From NCBI GenBank assembly GCA_050952645.1, contig JBMNLI010000014.1:10300-74299 (forward strand): a stretch of 64,000 nt of DNA, given 5' to 3'. The notes under the pieces are model-generated. The model was not told the origin of the DNA, searched no databases, and saw nothing but the letters and a program-made list of their open reading frames with translations. Source of the stretch: Bdellovibrionota bacterium (lineage in GTDB: Bacteria > Bdellovibrionota_C > UBA2361 > CAKMMH01). Positions within the stretch are counted from its first letter, which is position 1; each line of letters begins with the position of its first letter. The translations under genes were made by a program, and so were the position numbers. Positions 28,368 to 38,218 of this stretch are shown piece by piece.

Positions 28368-31300
28368 ATGCGTGTATCGAGAATAGAAATTTTTGGATTT
28401 AAATCCTTTATGGATAGGACTGTTTTATCGCTTGGGGGTGGTTTAATAGGAGTGGTTGGCCCAAATGGTTGTGGAAAATCGAATATCGTAGATGCTATAA
28501 AATGGGTTTTAGGGGAAACTCGTGCGAGAAGTTTACGAGGCTCGGTTTTTGAAGATGTGATATTTAATGGCACAGATAAACTTCGCCCTTTAGGTCTTGC
28601 CGAGGTTGCGATTACGGTTCAAGCAAAATCTGAAAGTTTCTTTGATGAAATACTTCCTAATTTAGCGAATGATGAAATAGCAGAGTCTTTAGCAAAAATA
28701 GATGAGGCAGAAAACGAGTTAAATAAAATAGAGCTAAATAAGGTCATGCCTTTAGAAAAAGAAATTTTAGAAAAAGAAGCTAATAAAAAAGAAGCTAATA
28801 AAGATAATAATAATAACACTCCAAAGCTAAGCGTAGTAGTTAATAATTCTAAAGCGAGTTCTAGTAAAGAAGAAACTATAAAAATAGTTAAAGATGTAGA
28901 TGTAGACCTAAAAAATGTAGACCTTGGAAACAGCAATAACGCAAATAAAACTAATAATAGCGTAGATAATAATATTAACGATAATAATAATGATAATAAT
29001 GATAATAATAACGATAATAATAACGATGTAGAAGATTTAAAAGAAAAATCGATGACACTTCTTTCAAGGTTTTCTTGGCTACAAGCTACTAGTGAAGTGC
29101 AAGTGACTAGAAGACTTTATAGAAGCGGAGAGTCTGAATACTTTATAAATAGAGTTCCTTGTAGATTAAAAGATTTAAAAGAGTTATTTAGAGCAATAGG
29201 AATTGGTGCTAGAGCTTATACGATAGTAGCGCAAAACGAAGTAACGAGAATCATCACTGCTAAGCCTGAAGAAAGAAGACAGATGCTAGAGGAAGCGGCT
29301 GGAGTTTTAGGTTTTAAAGATAAAATAGTATCTGCAAATAAAAGGCTAGATGAAACTTTAATAAATGTTTCTAGGCTTAATGATATCATGCAAGAGGTAG
29401 CTAGAGGTGTAAATAATTTAAAACGCCAATCGCAACGAGCTATCGATAGAAAAGGGCTTTTAGAAAGATTAAAAGAGGTAGACCTGACCCTATTTAAAGA
29501 TTCTTACTTTAATAATTGCGAAATTAAAAGCAATTTAGAAGCTCAAAAAGAAAGGCTAAAAGAAGAAGAGTTAGTTTCTAAAAATGGTGTAGATGTTATA
29601 AAGCTTGAAGAGGAAGCTTTAAGGTTAAGTATGTTAGAGCTAGATAGTGAAGGAGAAGAATATAGACTTAAAATAGATTCTATAAAAGAGGAATTAAATA
29701 GACGTGAAAGAAAACTTATAGAACTTCGCTCAGGGCTTAAAGAAAGACTAGTTAGGAAAGAAGCCTTAGAAACTGAAAACGAAAGACTAGATGAACGAAA
29801 AGAAATGCTTGCAAAAAGAAGAGAAGAGGCAAGGAGCGATTTTGAAAAATTAGAGGCAGAGCAAAACGAGTTGAAAGAAAAACTTCAAAGTGTTGAAGCG
29901 ATAGGAGAAGAAGATTTAAAGGCGGCTTCTTTATTAGTAGAGGAAACAAAGGCAAAATTAAATGAAAAAGAAAGAGAGTTAAAGAAAGTAAACGATTCTT
30001 ATATTTCAATAAAAGCTAGACTTGAGGCTATCGAAGAGCAACTTATTGCGGCCTCTCCAGTTTCTCAGCTTAAAAAAACCCTTGGAAATCAAGGTGCAAC
30101 TAGTGAGTTTTTAGAAGAAGCAAAAGGAACGAAGCTATTTTTAGATGGTATATCGATCCCTTCAAAATATGCTAAAGCTCTTCAAGCGGTGCTTGGAGAA
30201 AAGACTGAGTTTTTAGTATCTAAAGAGCCACAAAAACTAATTACTTCTTTTAATAAAATGCTTGAAACTTCAAATAAAAAGGGGCTAGGAATTGGAATTT
30301 TTAAAGAAAATGAAAATGAGTTCACGCAAAATTTAAAAAAAGATATAAATATTCCTTTTCCGCTAATACTAGATTTAATGAAAGTATCATTAGATGTAGA
30401 AAGGTCTGCTAATAATATATTAAAAAATGTTTATGTTATAGAAAATATAAAAGAGGGGATAAGTTTTTTTGAAGCGAATAATAATGAAAAATTTGATGAT
30501 GTTTTATTCGTTAGCTTAGAAGGGGAGCTTCTTACATCTTATAGCTATTACTCTTTAAAGCATGAAGGTGGTTTAGTCCAATTAAAATCTAGAAAGGAAG
30601 AGTATCAAAAAGAATTTAGTGAGCTTTCTAAAGAGCTTTCAAAGTTGAATAATGAAAAGTCTATATTATTTGAAGATGCTAAAAAGGCCGAGTTTAGCTA
30701 TAGGCAAGAGTTAGATGAGGTTAAAAAAAGGCAACTTCAAATAAGAGAGATAAGCAATAAACTTGCGAATGCTAAAGGGCGTTTCGAGTCTCATAAAAGA
30801 CTAGTTTCTCAGCTTGATTACGATTTAGAAAAATTAGAATCTCAATACGATGATATAAAAAGAAGAGATGATAATTTAAGTTTAGAGATTGAAAATATTT
30901 CTAAAGGATTAAGGGAAGCGGAAAACAGAGATGAACAAGAGCTAAAAGATAGTTTAGTAGTGCTAGACAATCAATATAAGCAAGTAAACATAGCTAGGGG
31001 AGAAAAAAGAAGCGAGCTTTCCGATTTTAATAATAGATTAGATGATGCAAGGAAGCGTTATGATATGGCTTTAAGAGCTAGTAATAATTTTGAGCTTAAT
31101 TTGCAAAGAGTTTCTATCGAGCTTGAGAATATAGAAAAAAATATAATAGAAAAATATTCGAGAGATGAATTTTTAGCGCTTATAAATATAGATGAAGAAT
31201 ATATCAAGTTAGAAGAGGAAGAAAAGTTTAGTTTAGTTTCAGAGTTAAATAAAATAAAAGCGAGAATTGAAAGAGAAGGTCCTGTCGACCCTACTGCAAC

Positions 31301-31889
31301 GGAGCGTTATAGCGAAGAGAAAGAAAGGTTAGAAGAACTAGAGAGACAAAAAAATGATTTAGAAAAGGCTATAGATATTCTAGGGAAAACTATAGATAGG
31401 CTAGTTCAAACTTCTCAAACTAGATTTATGAATGTGTTTACTAGAGTTAGAGAAAACTTTAGAGAGTTAGCTCCAAGGTTGTTTGGTGGCGGCTTAGCAG
31501 ATATAGAGTTAAGCGATCCGCAAAAACCTTTAGAATCGGGGGTTGATATTATAGCAAGGCCTCCAGGGAAGAAATTAAAAAGCCTAGAGCTTCTTTCAGG
31601 AGGAGAAAAAACCTTGTGTGCTATTGCGCTTATTTTAGCAACGTTTTTAGAAAGACCTAGTCCGCTATGTGTGTTAGATGAGGTTGATGCACCGCTAGAC
31701 GAGGCAAACTTAATGAGATTTTTAATTCTTATAAAAGAGCTAAGCACGAGAACGCAAGTAATAGTGATTACGCATAATAAGCAAACTATGATGGCATGCA
31801 GTGAGCTTATCGGCGTTACTATGCAAGAGCCAGGGGCTACTAAACTTATTGCAGTTTCGCTAGAAGATGCGATAAAAGAGGCTGTGTAA
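28368..31889 (+). CDS. smc: Chromosome partition protein SMC with head-domain insertion
   Basis: GFKSF, GPNGCGKSN, LSGGEK, LDEVDAPLD, VITH; long coiled coil. Confidence 0.95.
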   Translation: MRVSRIEIFGFKSFMDRTVLSLGGGLIGVVGPNGCGKSNIVDAIKWVLGETRARSLRGSVFEDVIFNGTDKLRPLGLAEVAITVQAKSESFFDEILPNLANDEIAESLAKIDEAENELNKIELNKVMPLEKEILEKEANKKEANKDNNNNTPKLSVVVNNSKASSSKEETIKIVKDVDVDLKNVDLGNSNNANKTNNSVDNNINDNNNDNNDNNNDNNNDVEDLKEKSMTLLSRFSWLQATSEVQVTRRLYRSGESEYFINRVPCRLKDLKELFRAIGIGARAYTIVAQNEVTRIITAKPEERRQMLEEAAGVLGFKDKIVSANKRLDETLINVSRLNDIMQEVARGVNNLKRQSQRAIDRKGLLERLKEVDLTLFKDSYFNNCEIKSNLEAQKERLKEEELVSKNGVDVIKLEEEALRLSMLELDSEGEEYRLKIDSIKEELNRRERKLIELRSGLKERLVRKEALETENERLDERKEMLAKRREEARSDFEKLEAEQNELKEKLQSVEAIGEEDLKAASLLVEETKAKLNEKERELKKVNDSYISIKARLEAIEEQLIAASPVSQLKKTLGNQGATSEFLEEAKGTKLFLDGISIPSKYAKALQAVLGEKTEFLVSKEPQKLITSFNKMLETSNKKGLGIGIFKENENEFTQNLKKDINIPFPLILDLMKVSLDVERSANNILKNVYVIENIKEGISFFEANNNEKFDDVLFVSLEGELLTSYSYYSLKHEGGLVQLKSRKEEYQKEFSELSKELSKLNNEKSILFEDAKKAEFSYRQELDEVKKRQLQIREISNKLANAKGRFESHKRLVSQLDYDLEKLESQYDDIKRRDDNLSLEIENISKGLREAENRDEQELKDSLVVLDNQYKQVNIARGEKRSELSDFNNRLDDARKRYDMALRASNNFELNLQRVSIELENIEKNIIEKYSRDEFLALINIDEEYIKLEEEEKFSLVSELNKIKARIEREGPVDPTATERYSEEKERLEELERQKNDLEKAIDILGKTIDRLVQTSQTRFMNVFTRVRENFRELAPRLFGGGLADIELSDPQKPLESGVDIIARPPGKKLKSLELLSGGEKTLCAIALILATFLERPSPLCVLDEVDAPLDEANLMRFLILIKELSTRTQVIVITHNKQTMMACSELIGVTMQEPGATKLIAVSLEDAIKEAV

Positions 31890-31917
31890 TCTTTGTGTTA
31901 TTTAAAATAAACATTAT

Positions 31918-33030
31918 ATGCAAAAAAATATCTTAGAAAAATTTAATCAATTTAATTTTAATGAATTCTTACAAAATTTATTGTCTTATATCGATAGTAG
32001 TGAAAATCAAATCGATATAGCGTGTATATTTTTAATTATTTTTGCTTTTATATTTATATTAAAAAGAAAACCAGATAAGCAAATAGAGCACGCAAGCGGC
32101 AAGAAAGAGGCTGAAGATAGAAAGGCCATTGTTTATGATAAGCTTAGTAAGAGTAGGGTAAGCTTGCTTACTAAGATAAATAATATTTTTTCTTCGCATT
32201 CAGAGAAGAAAGAGATATTAGAAGATTTAGAGGAGCTTCTTATCTTATCAGATGTAGGAGCTAAGGTATCGGCGCTACTTTGTAAAGAATTAAGTGAAGA
32301 ATTTAAGACCATAAATAGTGAGAGCAAAGAAGAAATATTACTTTCTCTTAAAAGTAAAATAGAGAATATTTTAGGCGAAGATAAGGAAATAGAGTTAGTA
32401 GAGGGTGAGACTAAAATTATAATGGTAGTAGGAGTTAATGGGGTTGGAAAGACGACGACTATTGCTAAGCTTGCAGATAAATGGATAAAGCAAGGAAAAA
32501 AAGTTTTATTAGTAGCGGGGGATACTTTTAGGGCGGCTGCAACTGAGCAGCTTGTTTTTTGGGGTGAAAAAGTAGGAGCAGAGGTTGTAAAGGGAAAAGA
32601 GAACGATAAGCCATCGACCGTAGTTTTCGATGCGATGAAAAGGCTTAAATCCGAAGCATTTGATGTGGTGATTGTAGATACTGCTGGAAGGCTTCACAAC
32701 AAAGCTAATTTAATGCAAGAACTTTCTGGTATTCAAAATGCGATAAAGAAAAATATAGAAAAGGGCGTAGATGAGGTGCTCTTAGTGGTAGATGGAACTA
32801 GTGGACAAAATGCCCTTTCTCAGGCTAAGGAGTTTAATAATGTAGTAGGACTTACTGGAATTATAATAACTAAACTTGACGGAACGCCTAAGGGAGGAAT
32901 TTTAATAGCGATTAAAAAGGCTTTAAATATACCTATATATTTTATAGGTATAGGAGAAAAGCAAGAGGACTTAGTAAGGTTTAATGCTAAAGAGTTTGCT
33001 AGTGCGCTACTAGAAAATAAAGAGTCTTAA
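31918..33030 (+). CDS. ftsY: SRP receptor FtsY
   Basis: GVNGVGKTTT, DTFRAAA, DTAGR, TKLDG; follows smc. Confidence 0.97.
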   Translation: MQKNILEKFNQFNFNEFLQNLLSYIDSSENQIDIACIFLIIFAFIFILKRKPDKQIEHASGKKEAEDRKAIVYDKLSKSRVSLLTKINNIFSSHSEKKEILEDLEELLILSDVGAKVSALLCKELSEEFKTINSESKEEILLSLKSKIENILGEDKEIELVEGETKIIMVVGVNGVGKTTTIAKLADKWIKQGKKVLLVAGDTFRAAATEQLVFWGEKVGAEVVKGKENDKPSTVVFDAMKRLKSEAFDVVIVDTAGRLHNKANLMQELSGIQNAIKKNIEKGVDEVLLVVDGTSGQNALSQAKEFNNVVGLTGIIITKLDGTPKGGILIAIKKALNIPIYFIGIGEKQEDLVRFNAKEFASALLENKES

Positions 33031-33037
33031 TAAAATT

Positions 33038-33098
33038 GTTCTTTATGCTTTTTGGGCTTTGCAGTAGTTGGGTGATGCTAATTTTTAAGATCTTAAAC
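33038..33098 (+). mobile_element. Degenerate MITE remnant
   Basis: GTTCTTTATG...TTTTGGGCTT...GTGATGCTAATTTTTAAGATCTTAAAC shares the family core. Confidence 0.6.
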
Positions 33099-33141
33099 TA
33101 ATTTATCTTTGTTAGTTTAGCTATTGTTAGTTTATTTATTA

Positions 33142-34125
33142 TTAGTTTATCTTTATTAAGTCTTGTTCTCCAAAGAAATTATCAAAATCGTATACTGCAT
33201 CGGCGAAAATGGTTGCAGCTTTTTGATTATCTCTTTTATTTAGTGCATCGAGACCTTGAGTTAGCTTAGCTTCGATAATATTTAAATTATCAGGCTTAGT
33301 ATTTAATTTTTCTATGCTATTAGTTTCGCTCTTACGTTTTTCATATAGCTGTAAACTTGAAACTATGTTTGCAACGGCATCTAGGTAATTGTTATTTTCT
33401 AGTGCTATAAGACCACGAAGTGCTAAACTCCTAGGACTATCTACAAAGACTTGGCATAAATTTAAACATTCATTAGCAGTCGTTAAATCATTAAACTTAA
33501 TAAACATTGCACAAAGCGTATGGTATGAGACGGCCGCAGATTCTTTTGCAAAGTTTTCCCAGTCTTTGTTAGGAAATAAATCTTCAATGTTTACATTCTT
33601 TAAAAGTTCTCTCAAGATTTTTGCACGCATATGATCATCTAAGCTAATTTCACAATTAGATATATCATCGCTAGTGCATACAATAGTGCTAACGCAGTTT
33701 GCAACAGTCGCAAAAACTAGTTTCAAACTTATCTCTTTAAAGTTTCTACGTTCATCTATAGATAGTGATTTAAGAACGCTATTTTTTACACATATTATAT
33801 TAGGTATAGAGATGCTTTCATTTTTTATTAAGTTTACTAAATCTGCTGAGGTTAGTGCATCGATTTCAACGCAATCATTGCTACAAAAAAGGATGGTATC
33901 GCTATTTTTAATATTATTTTTTATAAACTCTACATTGCTTTCTGATATTTCATCATTCGATGATAAAATAGTATAATCATCATCTAGAGAAGATAAAACG
34001 TTTAAAATTTTTCTTCCGTAAGATAAAAGGCAATCATCGTTTATATTTATATTTTTAATTTTTATATCTTGCGAAACTAAATTAGCATTAACTAAACTTT
34101 CTTCATTTACTAGTAAACTAATCAT
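33142..34125 (-). CDS. Hypothetical protein with TPR-like C-terminal helices
   Basis: 327 aa ORF; SPRSLALRGLIALE...AVANIVSSL resembles a TPR. Confidence 0.7.
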   Translation of the reverse strand: MISLLVNEESLVNANLVSQDIKIKNININDDCLLSYGRKILNVLSSLDDDYTILSSNDEISESNVEFIKNNIKNSDTILFCSNDCVEIDALTSADLVNLIKNESISIPNIICVKNSVLKSLSIDERRNFKEISLKLVFATVANCVSTIVCTSDDISNCEISLDDHMRAKILRELLKNVNIEDLFPNKDWENFAKESAAVSYHTLCAMFIKFNDLTTANECLNLCQVFVDSPRSLALRGLIALENNNYLDAVANIVSSLQLYEKRKSETNSIEKLNTKPDNLNIIEAKLTQGLDALNKRDNQKAATIFADAVYDFDNFFGEQDLIKIN

Positions 34126-34407
34126 TTTTTATAACCTTTTAAAATGGAATTTTTTCCTTTTTTAAATATATTTTAAATAAATGACCTTTAGGCCATTATC
34201 GATAATTTAGATGTAGTAAATTGTAAAAGGATACAAAAAAAGAATAAGATAATAAGGGGCTAGCTATTTTAACTCACTTTTTTAAAATAGGGTTTTAAAA
34301 TAAGGTTCTAGGATATTCTATAAGGATATTCGCTAAGGATATATTTTATAATTTATTAGGATAAGTTTTATTTTAATAAAAAAATAAATCACGAAACCTT
34401 TATATAT

Positions 34408-34441
34408 AAAAAAGGAGGATGTTTCTTTCAAAACACCCCCC
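34408..34441 (-). terminator. Intrinsic terminator of rpmB
   Basis: Minus strand GGGGGGTGTTT-TGAAAG-AAACATCCTCC-T6. Confidence 0.8.
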
Positions 34442-34557
34442 AAAAAACATATACTTTTTTTTAATTTTTAATAAAGAGAAAAATGAAAAACAAAATAATT
34501 TTTAAAATTTATTCTAACAAAAAACTTAAATTTTTGTAATTACATACTTATTTATAA

Positions 34558-34797
34558 TTATATAAGATCGTTTAGTGTCAAATTATATTTTTTTAAAGTA
34601 GCAGTTAAGCCTAACTTATCTATAGTTCTTAGCACTCTAGTAGAAACGCGCAATTTAACATGACGCCCCTGCTCTGGTATAAAGATATTTCTAATTTGGA
34701 TATTTGCTTTAAAAATATGTTTAGTTCTATTTTTAGCGTGGCTAACTCTATTACCTCTTTGTGCCGTTTTTCCTGATATTCTACATTTACGAGACAT
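34558..34797 (-). CDS. rpmB: 50S ribosomal protein L28
   Basis: MSRKCRISGK...GNRVSHAKNRTK...LRVST; ATG at 34797 preferred. Confidence 0.96.
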   Translation of the reverse strand: MSRKCRISGKTAQRGNRVSHAKNRTKHIFKANIQIRNIFIPEQGRHVKLRVSTRVLRTIDKLGLTATLKKYNLTLNDLI

Positions 34798-34938
34798 TTT
34801 TCCTACCTTCAAATAATTAAAAAAAATCACAAATCTTTTTAAATTATACTTATATTTTAACAGAAATCAAGGTTTATTTGGTTTTTTTTGCCTCTCTGCT
34901 TTTATTTATATTATTTTATTTATATTATTTTATTTATA

Positions 34939-35667
34939 TTATTTCATCTTATTATAAAGAGTAGTAAGCATCTGAGTGCGAACTTGTGAATATATGTAAT
35001 TATGCCCTAATGGGCTAGGGTGCAAACCATCTTCGCTAAGTATGGTTGTAGGGAGTTGATGTTGTAGGATTATACCACTAATCTTTGGGTATTTTAACAG
35101 TTCGGTATTAAAGGATTTTATAAAATTTAATTGTTTAGGTTTTTTTGTGCTAACGTGAGCAAGAGTGCTAACCGTTATAAAAGGCTTAACCTTAGCTCCA
35201 GATTCCGTTCTTAAAAATTTAATAAGTCTTCTTAATGTCGTTATTGAGCGTCGAACGTTGTTTCTATTTCTTCTATCCCAGAAATCATTCCTGCCCATAT
35301 CTAGAATTATAGCATCTGCATTATAAATTTTTCTTAGCATAGTTGGGTTTTTATATATATTTTGCTTAATATGGCTTAAAATTTGAGCCACGGTTGCCCC
35401 AGGACGTGCTATCTTAGTGATTCTTACCTTTCTCTTAGTATTTGCTCTAAAATCATTATTTAATTTAGTAGTGTAGCCACCTTTATTATTTACGTCTCCA
35501 ACCCCCCTAACGAAACTATCCCCTATAAATAAAATGCGAATTTTTTTGTCTTTATTCCTATCTACAAAACAAGTGCTAAGGTTCGTTTCATCACAGGCAT
35601 ATAAAGAATTAGTAAAAAATGATAAAACAATAAAAATGTTAATAAAGAAAATATTTAAAACCCTCAT
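34939..35667 (-). CDS. Exported SGNH/GDSL hydrolase
   Basis: Signal peptide; FIGDS, GRND and DGLHP blocks. Confidence 0.9.
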   Translation of the reverse strand: MRVLNIFFINIFIVLSFFTNSLYACDETNLSTCFVDRNKDKKIRILFIGDSFVRGVGDVNNKGGYTTKLNNDFRANTKRKVRITKIARPGATVAQILSHIKQNIYKNPTMLRKIYNADAIILDMGRNDFWDRRNRNNVRRSITTLRRLIKFLRTESGAKVKPFITVSTLAHVSTKKPKQLNFIKSFNTELLKYPKISGIILQHQLPTTILSEDGLHPSPLGHNYIYSQVRTQMLTTLYNKMK

Positions 35668-35857
35668 AATTTTTATTATAACAAAAACTTAAAGTTTCGC
35701 AAACAGTTTAGTTCCCCGATAAATCAAGGTTTTTTTCATGTTTGTTAGTATATTTTATTATAAAAATTAAATAAAGTTAAGGTTAAATCAAAAAAATTAA
35801 AGTACTTACGTAAGCTTAATATTTATTTTTAAGCTTTGTGATTTTAACTTTGTTGCT

Positions 35858-37024
35858 TTAATTTTGTGGTTTTATCCAAATCTCTGAATTTCTTTGAAGA
35901 TAATTTAGAACACTGTTTTCTTCAACTCCAATCGTAACCTCAACATGGTCGACATTTTCTTTAGCTTGGATAAAGATAACGTTTTGAAACTCTGGAGGTG
36001 GGAAGAAAGGAAGCTCTAAATTTTTAGACATCAACTTGCAATTAGGTATAGTAAGTTTATAAAGCTCAGATGACGCCTTTGATATAGTAAAATCGGCTTT
36101 CTTATTTAGTGATATTTTAACTATCGATGAATTCGATGCATCGGTATCAAAAAATACTGCACTTAAAACACAAGGGATTTGACTGCTATCGCCTAGATTA
36201 GCTTGCTGCTCTAAAGGCACTCGGCTTTTTTCTGCTTCTTTTATAGTCATTTCGCGAGCTGGCACCAAAGTAGGACTTGCCTTTGTTGGTGCTTGTTCTA
36301 TTCTTCTAGCTCCATCTTGCATGCTAGGAGATGTGCTAGGAGGAGACATAGCAGTAGTAGGCATAGAAGCGATAGCTTTAGTAGGCACGCTTTCTATTCT
36401 ATTTTCTATTCTATCTTGCATTCTATCTTGCATTCTATCTTCTATCCTGTCTTCTATCCTGTCTAGCCTGTTTATTTTTATTACATTAGGCTCACTTAAT
36501 TTCGCCCTTCCCCCTATATCTTGCAAAGTTGGTCGTGTCTCTACTTTTGCTGGCACTTGTGTTGTTGGTTGTGTGAAAGTTTGAGCCGATGCTTGCGTCT
36601 CGCTTAAAGATTTTGCAATCATAACGGTAAGCTCACCTTGTTGCAGAAATGTAGTATAAGAGGGTATAACATCACTTTTTAAATCTATTACTAACCTTGT
36701 AGTATATGGAGGATGCCCACCTAAACGAATAGTCTTTATTTGCGGAACGTTCGTAACGTTTATATTTTCACTTTTGCCAATTTTTATTCCTGTAATATCT
36801 ATAACTAGTCTTGCAGGATTCGTTAATGCAAACTTATTTACGCCACTAATCTTAGGATTATTTGCCTTTAAAACTATATGATTCCCATCTTCTAGTAAGC
36901 TAAATTTTATTCCTTGTCTATTAAAAGAAAATAGTTCACTTAAACTAAAAGCTAAATTTGGAATACTTAATAAAATAAAAAATATAAAAAAGATGGCTCT
37001 TTTTTTATAATTTAAAATACGCAT
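35858..37024 (-). CDS. Exported AMIN-domain protein
   Basis: Signal peptide; FALTNPARLVIDI...IRLGGH..TRLVIDL AMIN pattern; repetitive linker; second beta domain. Confidence 0.8.
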   Translation of the reverse strand: MRILNYKKRAIFFIFFILLSIPNLAFSLSELFSFNRQGIKFSLLEDGNHIVLKANNPKISGVNKFALTNPARLVIDITGIKIGKSENINVTNVPQIKTIRLGGHPPYTTRLVIDLKSDVIPSYTTFLQQGELTVMIAKSLSETQASAQTFTQPTTQVPAKVETRPTLQDIGGRAKLSEPNVIKINRLDRIEDRIEDRMQDRMQDRIENRIESVPTKAIASMPTTAMSPPSTSPSMQDGARRIEQAPTKASPTLVPAREMTIKEAEKSRVPLEQQANLGDSSQIPCVLSAVFFDTDASNSSIVKISLNKKADFTISKASSELYKLTIPNCKLMSKNLELPFFPPPEFQNVIFIQAKENVDHVEVTIGVEENSVLNYLQRNSEIWIKPQN

Positions 37025-37054
37025 TTAAAAACTCCACACAAATAACATAAGTAT

Positions 37055-37119
37055 TGTAATGCAGTACCGTAATACAAGACTGTAATACAAAGCTGTAATG
37101 CAAAATTATGATGCAAATT
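37055..37119. repeat. Five degenerate 13-bp tandem units
   Basis: TGTAATGCAGTAC / CGTAATACAAGAC / TGTAATACAAAGC / TGTAATGCAAAAT / TATGATGCAAATT. Confidence 0.75.
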
Positions 37120-37175
37120 TAAAAAAATCGTATCACTTTTAAAAATTATATAAATATAAGATATTAAGAGCAAGA

Positions 37176-37928
37176 TTATTTTTCTATCCATTCAGGCATT
37201 TCTTCTGCTAGTGAAACTTTAGGAGGATTTAAAATATAACGCAATTTTCTTTCAAAAACTAATAGTGAAGCCTTTTGTTTACTCCTTAATTTTATTATAT
37301 TTGATGATTTCCGAGTATCGACGTATTGCAATGTGATTTCTTTTTCTGAAAGATAATCTTTTTTCTCTTCATCTATATCCATTAAATTAGTTTCATCAGT
37401 ATTTAAATTTTCGCACTCGAATTTTAATTTTTCATTTATAGATGATGCAAAGACTAACTCTCCTCCACCCTGTGATTCTTTAAACATTACTATTGTGTCT
37501 GAAAATAGTGAGACCCAAACTGGAATAAATTCATTGTTATGTATAGCTTGTGATATCCCCTCTAAATCGACATCATTTGCAGGTAATATCTTAGCAAACC
37601 CTTTGAAGATTATCTCTGGTTCTAGATTTCTAGCTTGTTCTAAAAAAGCGAGTCGTCTTACTACGGAACGTGCCGCAAGATATTGGAGCATTAAACTAGG
37701 CTTTAAATTTTTCCAACTTCTTGAAGAAAAAAACTGGAATATTAGTGGAGTGCAAATAAGTACTCCCCAGAAAATAAATTTCATTTTTAGACCGACTGCA
37801 ATCGCTCCAGATATAATTACAGCATTTATGCAAGCTAGCACTCCGCATGTATGAGCCTTATTTAATGCATCAATTTTTTCTTCAGGTGTAATTTTTTGCC
37901 AAAGTTTATCAGCATCAGATAGTAACAT
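37176..37928 (-). CDS. Hypothetical membrane protein (2 TM plus soluble domain)
   Basis: 250 aa ORF with two N-terminal hydrophobic helices. Confidence 0.75.
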   Translation of the reverse strand: MLLSDADKLWQKITPEEKIDALNKAHTCGVLACINAVIISGAIAVGLKMKFIFWGVLICTPLIFQFFSSRSWKNLKPSLMLQYLAARSVVRRLAFLEQARNLEPEIIFKGFAKILPANDVDLEGISQAIHNNEFIPVWVSLFSDTIVMFKESQGGGELVFASSINEKLKFECENLNTDETNLMDIDEEKKDYLSEKEITLQYVDTRKSSNIIKLRSKQKASLLVFERKLRYILNPPKVSLAEEMPEWIEK

Positions 37929-38034
37929 TTTTTCCTTATTTTTATATAAATTTCTATAAAAAAAGAAATTATTTCTTGTTTTCTAGTTATTTTTTTCTTA
38001 TTTTCCTAAGTAATATTATTACATAAACTAAAAA

Positions 38035-38050
38035 TGCACTTTTTATGCCA
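38035..38050 (-). promoter_or_regulatory. Putative sigma-54 (-24/-12) promoter
   Basis: Minus strand TGGCATAAAAAGTGCA has the exact GG-N10-GC spacing, about 107 nt before ATG 37928. Confidence 0.6.
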
Positions 38051-38218
38051 AGTTTTGGGGGTATAGTTTTTATGTAATTTTCTTTTTTAAAGTTTGTTGA
38101 TTAAAGTTCGCTGATTAAATTTTGCCAAATTAGATTTGTTTTTAATGGTATGAATAAAAAAAAGATTATAGTATAATATTTTTTATTTTAGACACTAGTT
38201 TTGATATTTATAATTTAA

